Made by a program: the position numbers and the translations under genes. Positions 11,789 through 22,380 of a DNA stretch of 63,878 nt are shown here, in pieces (positions within the stretch are counted from its first letter, which is position 1; each line of letters starts with the position of its first letter). This DNA comes from Mobula birostris (lineage: Eukaryota): contig NC_092379.1 in NCBI RefSeq assembly GCF_030028105.1, forward strand, positions 26,901,821 through 26,965,698. The letters run 5' to 3'. The notes beneath the pieces were generated by a model, which saw only the letters and a program-made list of their open reading frames with translations, was not told the DNA's origin and searched no databases.

Positions 11789-13352
11789 GCACTCCCAGCG
11801 TACTTAACGAGGTAGCCCAAGAAATAATGGATGCATTAGTGATAATTTTTCAAAACTCCTTAGATTCTGGATTAGTTCCTGAGGATTGGAGTGTGGCTAA
11901 TGTAACCATGTTTTTTTTTTTTTAGGAGGGAGAGAGAAACCAGGGAATTATAGACCGGTAAGCCTGACATCAGTGGTGGGGAAAATACTAGAGTCAGTTA
12001 TCAAAGATGTGATAACAGCGCATTTGGAAAGCGTTAAAATCAGCGGACAAAGTCAGTCTGGATTTATGAAAGGAAAATCATGTCTGGCGAATCTCATAGA
12101 TATTTTTGAGGATGTAAATAGTAGAGTGCATAGGGGAGAACCAGTGGATGTGGTATATTTGGATTTTTAGAAGGCTTTTGACAAGGTCCCACACAGGAGA
12201 TCAGTTAGCAAACTTAAGCACACGGTATGGGGGGTATGGTATTGATGTGGATAGAGAATTGGTTGGCAGACAGGAAGCGAAGATTGGGAATAAACGGGAC
12301 CTTTTTCAGAATGGCAGGCAGTGACTAGCGGGGTACCGCAAGGCTCAGTGCTGTGACCCCAGTTGTTTACAATATATATTAATGGCTTAGACGAGGGAAT
12401 TAACTGCAGCATCTCCAAGACTGCGGATGACACGAAGCTGGGCGGCAGTGTTAGCCGTTAGGAAGATGCTAAGAGGATGCTGGGTGACTTGGATAGGTTA
12501 GGCAAGTGGGCAAATTCATGGCAAATGCAATTTAATTTGGATAAATGTGATGTTATCCACTTTGGCGGCAAGAACAGGAAAACAGATTATTATCTGAATG
12601 GTGGCCGATTAAGAAAAGGGGAGGTGCAACGACACCTGGGTGTCATTGTACACCAGTCACTGAAAGTGGGCATGCAGGTACAATAGGCGGTGAAAAAGGT
12701 GGATGGCATGCTGGTATTCATAGCAGGAGGATTCGAGTACAGGAGCAGGGAGGTACTGCTGCAGTTGTACAAGGCCTTCGTGAGACCACACCTAGGGTAC
12801 TGTGTGCAGTTTCAGTCCGCTAATCTGAGGTAAGACATACTTGCCATAGACTGGGTACCAAGAAGGTTCACCAGATTGATTCGTGGGATGGCAGGACTTT
12901 TATATGATGAAAGACTGGATCGACTAGGCTTATACTCTCTTGAATTGAGAAGATTGAGGGGGGGATGTGATTGAAACGTATAAAATTCGAAAGGGATTGG
13001 ACAGGCTAGATGTAGGAAGATTGTTCCCGATGTTGGGGAACTCCAGAACGAGGGTTCAAAGTTTGAGGATAAAAGAGAAGCCTTTTAGGACCGAAATGAA
13101 GAAAAACTTCTTCACACAGAGAGTGCTGAATCTGTAGAATTTTCCGCCACAGGAAACAGTTGAGGGCAGCTCAATGGTTATATTTAAGAGGGAGTTAGAT
13201 AAGGCCCTTGTGGCTAAAGGGATCAGGGTATATGGAGAGAAGGCAGGTATATGGTTCTGAGCTGGATGATCAGCCATGGTCGTACTGAATGGCGATGCAG
13301 GGTCGAAGGGCCGAATGGCACAATCCTGCACGTATTTTCTATGTTTCTATGT
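11789..13352 (+). mobile_element. 5'-truncated CR1 LINE (RT and 3' tail), specific to copy 1
   Basis: RT ORF fragments are at 11973-12170 (QSGFMKGKSCLANL...VDVVYLDF) and 12477-12686 (WQMQFNLDKCDVIHFG), with the tail TTTTCTATGTTTCTATGT. The empty site CATGTTAAAACAAAGCAG is at about 40051-40068. Confidence 0.92.
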
Positions 13353-14949
13353 AAAACAAATCAGTTCTGGAGACAATTTTCATCAAGTGTGCCGATCATA
13401 CTTTTTGCAAGATACCACATATTCTATTAAACTTCTCACTAATAGAGACATACAGCATCGCAGTACATATGACATCATGAATCGTCAAACTGAGGATAAT
13501 AATAACTCAGTTACACTGATACCTCACACATTCACGCAGTTAAGGATTGTTGGAGAAAGTCCACCGCCCCCACAAACTGACAGCAGTCTGGAGCCCCACG
13601 TGTCGAGAACTTCAGTATTACATTAGATTTATAGTCATGTTTTGCAGTCAATCGCCAGGTAGCCTGATGCAAGGAGAAACAGATCTGAAAAAAAAAATAG
13701 GGAAGAAATGTACAGTAGAGATGGCTGCTAAAGGATAAAGTAAAGCAACACCGTTTTCTATTGCAATGTCAACTTATTCCGATGTATTAAACCGACATAC
13801 TGAGTAACTAAATACTGAATAATTAAAGGCCAACGAAATAGATAAGCGGCCCTACCAGGTATATCAATGGGAAATCGCTTTATTTTGATGGCAGGATGAG
13901 TAGATTTGAAGGCGAAGCCTTGGGAAGATGTAAATAGACACAATGGGTAATCTACCTCTTATGTACCGCCTGGGGTCTTTAGATTTGGTAGCTACTTGTC
14001 TCATACAAAATCATACATACCCATACACTTTGACATGGATGTCTTTCCGTCAATCTCTGTAATATTTTGATGGATGTCACCTGGACTTCACGATCTTCTG
14101 AATGGTGTGGATTTGGACCACAGTTCCGCCGTCACCTTTGCCCTCTGACCTCCAGGAATAACTTTTTTTTTACATTGGTGCATTGATCGTGGTCCACTGT
14201 AAGTTGGAATTGTGATGTTTGTGTTGTGCATTCTGTTGCGCAGTCACAAAATATCTGTATCAGTTACATGTCGGAGAAAATCGGTTTCAGCCACGATATG
14301 GTAAGTCCGACATTACTCAAGAAAACAAGGATTATATTCAATTACTCTTCTTTTTCGGACTGTTTGTCTCACAGATCAGAATATCCCTTCGTGAATATCT
14401 GTAAAATACCTTGCCTTGAATGGTGCATAAAATTGTTGTGCTGCTTCCAACTTCAAGAAACCTTGTCAGGAACTCCAGTTACTATATCGTTCTGAATTCC
14501 ATGAGCAATGGCAGGTCAGCCTGCAATCAGTTTATGCCATTAATCGAAGTAAGATAAATAACTCTCCTTGCGGTGCATCAGAATATACTAAATTTGTATT
14601 ACTTTGAGATCCGATGACACTGATAGTCAAAGAGAAACAATACAGCAGGATTATAATTAAACCGAGGAAGTCTGCGAAAATGTTTGTGTTAATGCGTATC
14701 CTTATCCTACTTGTTTCACACTGCGCTTTTTTTCATTGTGCTGGGATTGATTTGCTGCTTTGTAGCGTCACCCAAAGGACAAAAAAAAAATCTCTTTCTC
14801 AAACGAAAGGACATGTCAGTGTTCAGTCTGCATTAAATTTAATTTCAATTGTCACCACCATAAATAGCACTAGTTCACTTTGTCGTATACAAAAGCAGAA
14901 TCAGATTTATTATCTCTGGGATCTGTGGTGAAATTTGTTAATATTGCAG

Positions 14950-15430
14950 CAGCAGTTCACTGCAACATAGAAGAACGGGGAAAACAAATAAAACAGTAAT
15001 ATTAATTCATAAATAAATACATCAATTAGAGTATACTTGTATTGAATTGATTAAAATTCGTGCAAAACCAGTAATAATATATATTAAAAACACAGTGAGG
15101 TACTGTTAAGGGGATCCATGCGCATTTAGGAGTCGGACGGAAGAGTGGAAGAAGCTATTACTGAATTGTTGAGTGTGTGCCTTCGTGACATCTGTACATC
15201 CTACCCGATCGTAGCAGTGAGAAAAGGGCATGCCCTGGGTGCTGGAGAACCTGAATAATTGACGCTGCCTTTCTGAGACACCACCGCTGGAATATTTCCT
15301 GGGTACTATGTAGTGTCGTACTCAAGATGAAGCTGCCTCCATTTACAGCGCTCTGCAGCTTCTTTCTGTCCTGTGCAGTAGCCGTCCGCCCCCACAACCA
15401 CCATTCCTGACAGTGTTGCAGCCTGTCAGA
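14950..15430 (-). mobile_element. Rex1/Babar-type LINE 3' remnant (DUF1891-like C-terminus)
   Basis: The ORF at 15158-15397 contains TAQDRKKLQSAVN...CLRKAASIIQVLQHPGHALFSLLRSGRMYR, typical of this RT C-terminus. Confidence 0.75.
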
Positions 15431-16549
15431 AAATTAGAGCCTGTCCGTTATATTACTTCGGCCAATTTTACGTAGGACAGAATATGATTTTGCTTAATAA
15501 ATATCCTCATTCATCTTTCGAAATCTGTTCAAACAGAAAAAAAAAAAGTTTCGACACATGGTTCAAAGAAGACATATTACATTTCCATTTACGTCTCTAT
15601 TTTAGTAACACTACCAGTTACTTTGCTTTAACAACTCAAACACCTTTACTTGGTTCGGGATCCGAGCTCTTCAGTCAACCCAGAATGTGATTTGATGTGA
15701 AAAGTTCACCGAATCAGGAACGAGGACTTTGTTTTGAAATTCTTAATCTCTGCTGATTTTGCTGGTTATCATCTTATGGTGCACATTCTTCTTCGCTTAT
15801 TTTCAGTGGTTCACACATTGGTGTTTAGTGATGCAGATAACTATATTGCGATTGGTCGAGCCACACACATTCCATTTTTTTTTCTTAACTCTTTTAACTA
15901 TTGCAATCTCCTCAAATCATTTTATTCAGCTGGTCCACCGTGGTTTTCGTCTCAGACTCGACACAGTGCACTATATCAAACGTGTTTGTGCACATGGATT
16001 TATCCTTATAACTTAAGGACTTCATTAGATATTCTTAAATTACAAGAAATGAAACGGGGGCAGAAAGGAAAAAAAAAAATAAAAACATGGCTTTTGTTCG
16101 TTTTCCTGCATTGAAACTAACCAGCTGTGCATAAGTACGTCTGAAATGCATTCAGAGTTCTCCCTCATGCTTCATTGGTTGCTAATTGTTCTGTTTTACC
16201 TTTCTCGTTCTCTAAACTTCAGACGTTAGTGCATGACTACGATTTACTTCATAATAAAATGATTGTCGGAATCAGGACGGCCATTCTTGATAACTCAGGA
16301 GCTGTTGTCGTGGCCCTCCTGCAACTACATACAAACACTCTCGATTTGTGTTTACTCTATCTCTGGACACGTTGTTGTCTGGAACGAGTGGTGATTGATA
16401 ACTGAATCTTAGGATTAAAAAAAAAACACAATTGCGGCGCTGTTTGTCTGCTTCGGAGGTTGAGTCTGTGGACTAATTTTGCGCAACAAATTACTCTCAG
16501 CGGCCGACCAACCTTTTTTTTTCCCAATCCCTGTACGCATTTAAATTCC

Positions 16550-18270
16550 ACAATACAATTGTGTCATTACCCTTTTTCAATGGCTTTTCAAGCTCCCTTT
16601 GAAATCTTAACCAACATCCGAGCTTATGTTTGCAGACCTGTACATAATTACCACAAGATTTATTTTTTTCTTACCGCTTGCGATTTCTAAACCAGCCACG
16701 AGGATTCAACATATTCCGACCGTATACACTCCTTTGCAAAGATGTAATTCCGTCTCTTACCAACAGAAACAGACCACCGCCGATATCTTCCCTTCTCTCC
16801 TTCCGATACTGAGTTTGTCGTTTGATGTTAAGCTCCTGAATATGGCATTTGCTCAGCCACGACTCAGTGACGCCCACATTGTTATACCTACCATTGTTTA
16901 ATTACGCCAGGAATTCGTCCACCATATTCAGAAAGCTACATGCATTGAAATACAGAACCTTCAGTCGCGCAATTTTCGACCTTTTGGACGTTGCCTCTAT
17001 GATAAAAAATAACTTTTTTTTTGTTTTCTCAGCATTTATACCCGATATTTGCTTTGTCCTTCATTATAATCATGTTACACTCATCATCACTTGTAAACCT
17101 CTGGCTCATCCTCAGCTCTATCAAACTGCTTCCCATCGCCCTGCCAGATTAGATTAGGTTAAAACACTCCCAACAACTCCTTAAATCTGACCTAAAGAAT
17201 ATCACTCACCTCTATTCACTTGCAACCCATCCCTTTTGTGCGAATTCCACCTGCCCCCCAAAATGTCCCAATTATCCAGAAATCTGAATCCTTGCGTTCT
17301 GCTTCAGCTCTCATCCATACGTTTATCTGCCACGCCATTCTATTCCAGTTCGCACTGTCGCAGAGCACAAGCCGTAATTGTAGGATTATTACTCCTGCGG
17401 TCCCGCCAGCAGATTCCTTCCTAACTCTCTATGTTCTTCATTCCGGACCTGCTCACTGATGTTCTTATGCCTTTGATACCAATTTGTACTACGACTTCTG
17501 GCTGGTCAGCCTCCTTTTTCAGGATATTATGGACGTGTATAGAAACATTTGTGCCCCTAGCACCCGTGAGACAAATTACCATCCACTCTTTCATTTTACG
17601 TCGTTAAATACGTTCAGCAGTCCGTCTGCTACTATTGTTACTGCTGCTATCCTCTTCATTTCAATATCCTTCTGTGCCACAGAGCCAAGGTCAGTGCCAG
17701 AGGCACTACAGCTATTGCTTCACCCAGTTAGATCGTTCCCCTAAAATGGACAGCGTATATTTGAGGGGGGCGCCCACATGTGTGCACATGACTGTCTGGT
17801 GTTTCCTGGTCCCTCTCCAGACAGTTACACAGTGATCTGTCTCCTGTAGAATTGGTGTGACTACTTCTCTTTTGCTCCTGTCTATAGCTGTTTACTTTCC
17901 CTAACTAGCCGAAGGTCATCAAACTACAACTTTACATCCCTTATACGGTCTCTAACGATCTGCATTTCGATGCACCTATGCAAATATGCCCATCGGAGCG
18001 CGGCTGGTGATCTCACCTGTGACAACTAGAAGAAGATACCGGATCTGTAGACGTACCTAGTATTCGCTCAACAGTTGAAAACGAAACCAAGAAATAAATT
18101 ACATAGCACCTGCCTAAACTCGAAGAAGCCTTGTTGAGCCAAAACCTTACTATTCTCGTCAGCCTATCCCGACGATGACCACTTCGAAAGGGGGTATCTC
18201 TCCATTATGGACACTCTGTTCCCCGTCAAAATAATTGCCGAAACTGCGGGGCAGGGTTCCTACTGGACCA
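16550..18270 (-). mobile_element. Degenerate CR1 5' portion (5' UTR, ORF1, endonuclease fragment)
   Basis: The ORF at 16671-16877 (GVTESWL...ELNI...YRKERREDIGGGLFLLVRD) is an APE endonuclease fragment. An ORF1 N-terminal C-RCIEMQ...DDLR motif lies near 17900-17980. Paralogs are 44330-45930 and, in part, 24240-24780. Confidence 0.75.
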
Positions 18271-20099
18271 GTGGAGTACTTCGATCAGCGGCTACATAGA
18301 AAAACTTGTTTTTTTGTTAAAAATCTATTCGACCACTCTTTGCGGAATCACTTATGTTGCGTATGCCCAATACTCCAATGAATTGCAGGAACTGTTCCTA
18401 GATCGAAGGCCGATGTCATTTTCTCGATTAGCTGAAGGAGGCTAGCACACACCAATGGGATTAAGGTTTGACGCATGAGAATATTCCGGATCATTCAATC
18501 ATTCTTAAGACGAAACACTCTCTACGGTATGAAACGACGTCTTCAGCACCTATTACAATGCTGAGCGACAAAGTTCGAATGTTGTGTTGGCATGTTGTCA
18601 GGTAACATTCCGATAATTTTGTAGTTCATTGTTCAGCATTGTTCGGAACAGTGCTTTAAACAAGCGGCTAAAAAATATTTCAATTCTACTTTGCTTTTCC
18701 AAATGTCATCGATTAGGATTATGTCTTTTAATGCCCCATTCTCATCAGGCGTAGTTCTGCTTAGCTGTATCTCTAACCCGTTACACTTTGAATGACTTTC
18801 ATTGCATTGCATGGAAATATTTTCTGTCTTTGTCGTTTCGTGATTCTACATGACATTAAATGATGAAATCAGCATTTATTTCTCGATCATGACCGTCGTT
18901 AGAATTATAAACTCCTGAAACAGCCTGTAGAATTGTGATATGTCCAGTCTCCTTATTATATCAGTTCTCTGACCGAAACTGATGATTGTGGGAGTATTAA
19001 GAGTATTCATGTTGATTACGAAGAGTTCTTGCATTTACTTTTGTTAGAATAGGGTAGTGCAGGCTCACTGGAAAGTTCAGACTTCGAATCTACAACAACA
19101 CAATGACAAAGGCACATTGACAACATTAGAAATCAGAAAACAGAATAATTTACGTATTTCAAATATCCATGGTTCGATTGCAATGAATCTAAATATAGAT
19201 TCCATAACACAATTATATGCAACGTTACAGCCATGCTAAATTCAACAGCTGCTGATACCTCCAACAGTGATCAAGTTGTGGCAGGAAGAAGGCACCGTTG
19301 CTGGCTTCTGACTTGTCTCTTCAAACATGGATTCACAAGGTGGTTGTTTCGATTCGAAGATTTCGGTGAAATATGACGGTTGGGTTTACTTGCTTGAAAC
19401 GATTGGGAGAGAAGAGTGAACACTCGGAAGTATATCAGATAAAAAAGCACAATCTAAATGTCGTATAAAATACATTTGCCATATTTGCACAACCTTGAAG
19501 GAAACAGAAGAGGGTGCAGTCTTAGGTTGTGAGGAAGCATGTTTAAAGGAGAAACTGCAACATAAGAGTTTTATTTTATTCTACAAATAACATGTTTGGT
19601 ATGTCTAAATCTCAGTAAGAGAGGGGATATAAAGTGGTGGAACTTCTGTGTTTAAGCTAGATAATTCGGCAAAGGAAAGAGGGTTTATACAAAACTTATA
19701 AAGATAGAGTTGAGAGAGAATAACATAAATAAGATTGTCTGATCGTGGGGAGGGGGCGGGGTCTGAAGTTACTGTTTCTTTGGCGTAGTTTGCTTGTAGT
19801 TTCTGTGTCTTATCAAATGTTGCCAAGTTCAGTTTTGTAAAATGAAAACTTGAATAACGTTGAGCCGACGTGGAATAAACTGGTTTGAGAACTTTCTCCG
19901 TACAGTGTGTCTCTTCAACATAGTCGGCAATGGCTGTTTTCCCTCCTGAAGATGGTACCAGACTCATAGCTTTGGACTTTACTAAGAGAATCAAAATCTA
20001 CTCCGTTATTTGTTACGAGATTATATGAAATAACCTCTGATCCTACCGGCTTTGCCGTTGACTCTAATATACAGCTGAATCGTTAGCTCTGAGGAAGTA

Positions 20100-20353
20100 A
20101 CTTATGTGTGGTCTCGCGGAATGTGCTAACTTTCAGTTGATTGGCTGTGTTGACGAATAAAGAAACAGTACAGGATTGGAAGAAATCAGGAAAGGAGTTG
20201 ATTGGTGGATTCGAGAATCAAGAAGAGTCATATTAAGTGTATGAGACCAATGGCCTCTTAACAAAAGAGAGGGTACTCCTGACAAACCGCCGATTAAACT
20301 TCTTTGAGAATAACATTGTTTCATTACAAATCCATATTGAACGGATCACAGAT
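20100..20353 (+). promoter_or_regulatory. Candidate V2 promoter
   Basis: It lies directly upstream of the leader ATG. TGTGGT (RUNX-like) is at 20107-20112 and ATTGG/CCAAT boxes are at about 20140, 20175, 20201 and 20247. This is a motif match only, with no functional data. Confidence 0.4.
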
Positions 20354-20399
20354 ATGCGGGTCCTATATTTGTTTCTTATTGCAGCAGTGCATCTGATTG
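20354..20399 (+). CDS. Leader exon of TCR V2
   Basis: ATG...ATT G|GTAAG encodes MRVLYLFLIAAVHLI-G. It is 46 nt with a phase-1 donor and a hydrophobic signal peptide that continues as GHCRG in the V exon. Confidence 0.9.
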
Positions 20400-20832
20400 G
20401 TAAGTGTGTCGACATTTTGAAAACCATCGTTCTCACCATGATGAACAGGTTAATTGCTTGAAAGGATTTGGGAGAACGATAGTAACATGAATCCAAATCT
20501 CATGCAACTGGTAATAGAATGTTTGATGAGTATATCCAGGGCAACCACAGGCGAATCGTTCTCAGTCCTTGGCGGGGAAGAGTTGTCTTTGTATTCCTCC
20601 TGAGATGAAATGAGTCCAAGAACTCCTTGAGGGAACTGATTGGAAATTTTCTCAAAAAGATATTTAAATCAGTCTTTCTTGACAATTTTATTTGAGAGTT
20701 TAACTCAAGTTGGAACCCCCACATCTCTGATTGGACAGTGCTAAAGAACCAGGGTTTGCTTCGGAAATATGCGTGCAGAATATTGATAATTCTTGATTGA
20801 AATTTTGATTTTTTTTTTTTGGCCTATAACAG

Positions 20833-21139
20833 GACATTGCCGAGGTGACGCTGTTTATCAGTCACCTGCTGTCACCAGAGTCGCGGAAGGGGAAGTTGCA
20901 GTGTTACACTGTAACTATACTAGTACAAGAGCAAACAACCCTGGACTAATCTGGTACCGTCAGTATCCCGGAGGTTCTCTGGAGTTTCTTCTACTCCGTT
21001 CAAAATTCGACAAACACTTAGAGAATATTCCTCGACAGCGGTTCACGGCGCAGCTGAATGGTACGAGCACAACGGTCCCACTGACAATATACGAAACACA
21101 TCTAGGAGACACTGCCATGTATTACTGCGCTCTGACACC
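20833..21139 (+). CDS. TCR alpha/delta-type V exon V2, apparently functional
   Basis: A pyrimidine tract and TAACAG acceptor precede the open frame GHCRG/DAVYQSPAVTRVAEGEVAVLHCNYTSTRANNPGLIWYRQYPGGSLEFLLLRSKFDKHLENIPRQRFTAQLNGTSTTVPLTIYETHLGDTAMYYCALTP. It has the Cys, WYRQ and YYC hallmarks. The YYCAL ending with a 23-RSS is typical of TRAV/TRDV; alpha versus delta usage cannot be decided from this window. Confidence 0.92.
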
Positions 21140-21178
21140 CACAGGGGTACAGAACTAGTCTGAACCTGTACAATAACT
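21140..21178 (+). promoter_or_regulatory. Recombination signal sequence, 23-bp spacer (V2)
   Basis: CACAGGG + GTACAGAACTAGTCTGAACCTGT + ACAATAACT. Confidence 0.9.
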
Positions 21179-22059
21179 ACTTTACTTCCCTAGTGGCTAC
21201 TAAGTACAATAGCCGCTTTCTGAGCGTCTGTAGCTCCGTGGTCGACACGCCATATGAATACATTTCTATATATTTCCTGAGATTCTTATCCAATAGATTG
21301 AGTCGCCTTCAGCATTTTACTTTTCAGTCTGTTGCAATGCACATGCATTCACCAAAATACCCTTTCTAGTCTTTCACACGACAAAGGAAACGATAACCTT
21401 CCATTGTTTATTTTTTCACTCACCATTTCGAAGAAGAACCTCTTTCACTTGCATTGGTGTGGATGCGGATTCTGTAGTGAAATGATGTTTATTCTCCAAT
21501 ATACTACTGTGTTATAATCTAACATTTTCCGCAGTGTAATATTAATTACAGGTGTTAACATGAAAACTCATTGTTTTATTTTGTTATATATAAATGCATA
21601 CATATATATTTTTTTTTCCCTCTGAAGCTATACCGGAGCGCCCGCTTATGGATTGCTAAGTAACTGCAATCTTACATTGCCGGGGTGTCCACAACGATCA
21701 CAAAAGAAAAAAAAAAAAAAAAAACAAGCAGGTGGTTTATCTTGTACATGACGAAATTGCACTTTAATTTACCGCTCAACCATACTGAGACAATTGAGGA
21801 AGTTGCAGTTTACAGAGCGAACATTATTGTTTCTTTCCTCAGATTTGCACAGCTAACGCCTCTCCTTTCAGGAAATAACATCAACACCACTCGTAACACT
21901 ATACAAAAAAGTCTGTGTGATGAGTAACAGAAACACTGTGGACAATTTAACGAGCAATGGGTAAAGTGAACACCGAAACGTTTTTCATGAAAAAAAAAGT
22001 TAATGCCTGGGCTTGCCAAAGTATCAATGATATGAGCAGTCGGAATCTGTTTATCTGTA

Positions 22060-22380
22060 CATTCATCAAGTCAGGTCAAATTTATTTATAAAGCACTTTT
22101 AAAATCAACCCATGTTGACCAAGGTGTTGTACAAACCATAACAGGTATCTAAAATCGCAAATACAACAGACACAGATATAAACATCAAGGCACAGAGATC
22201 AAAGGCACAAAATAAACAACACATTCGCCTAGGCACAAGCTAAAAATCAGCCACATCAGGAAGATTCAAAAGCTAATGAATAATGGTAATGTTTTAGCCT
22301 GGACTTCAAGAGTCAATGGAGGGGGCAGATCTGATAGGGAGGAGAATGCTGTTCCACTGTCTAGGAGCTACAGCATAATA
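22060..22380 (-). mobile_element. L2-type LINE 3' fragment
   Basis: The reverse complement encodes a degenerate VAPRQWNSILLPIRSAPSIDS-KSRLKT-like L2 ORF2 end plus tail. The paralog is at about 49730-50040. Confidence 0.65.

Noticed and set aside
20237-20461. 74-aa ORF that extends the V2 leader upstream and into the intron
   Set aside because: It is the leader exon read through unspliced from an upstream ATG. The extension is not conserved in V3 or V4.
21934-21940. Isolated CACTGTG/CACAGTG heptamers (also 28444, about 11650 and about 17829) as D or J signals
   Set aside because: No nonamer lies at 12 or 23 bp in the correct orientation, and the paralogous sites are mutated (CACTATG after V1, AACTGTG after V4).
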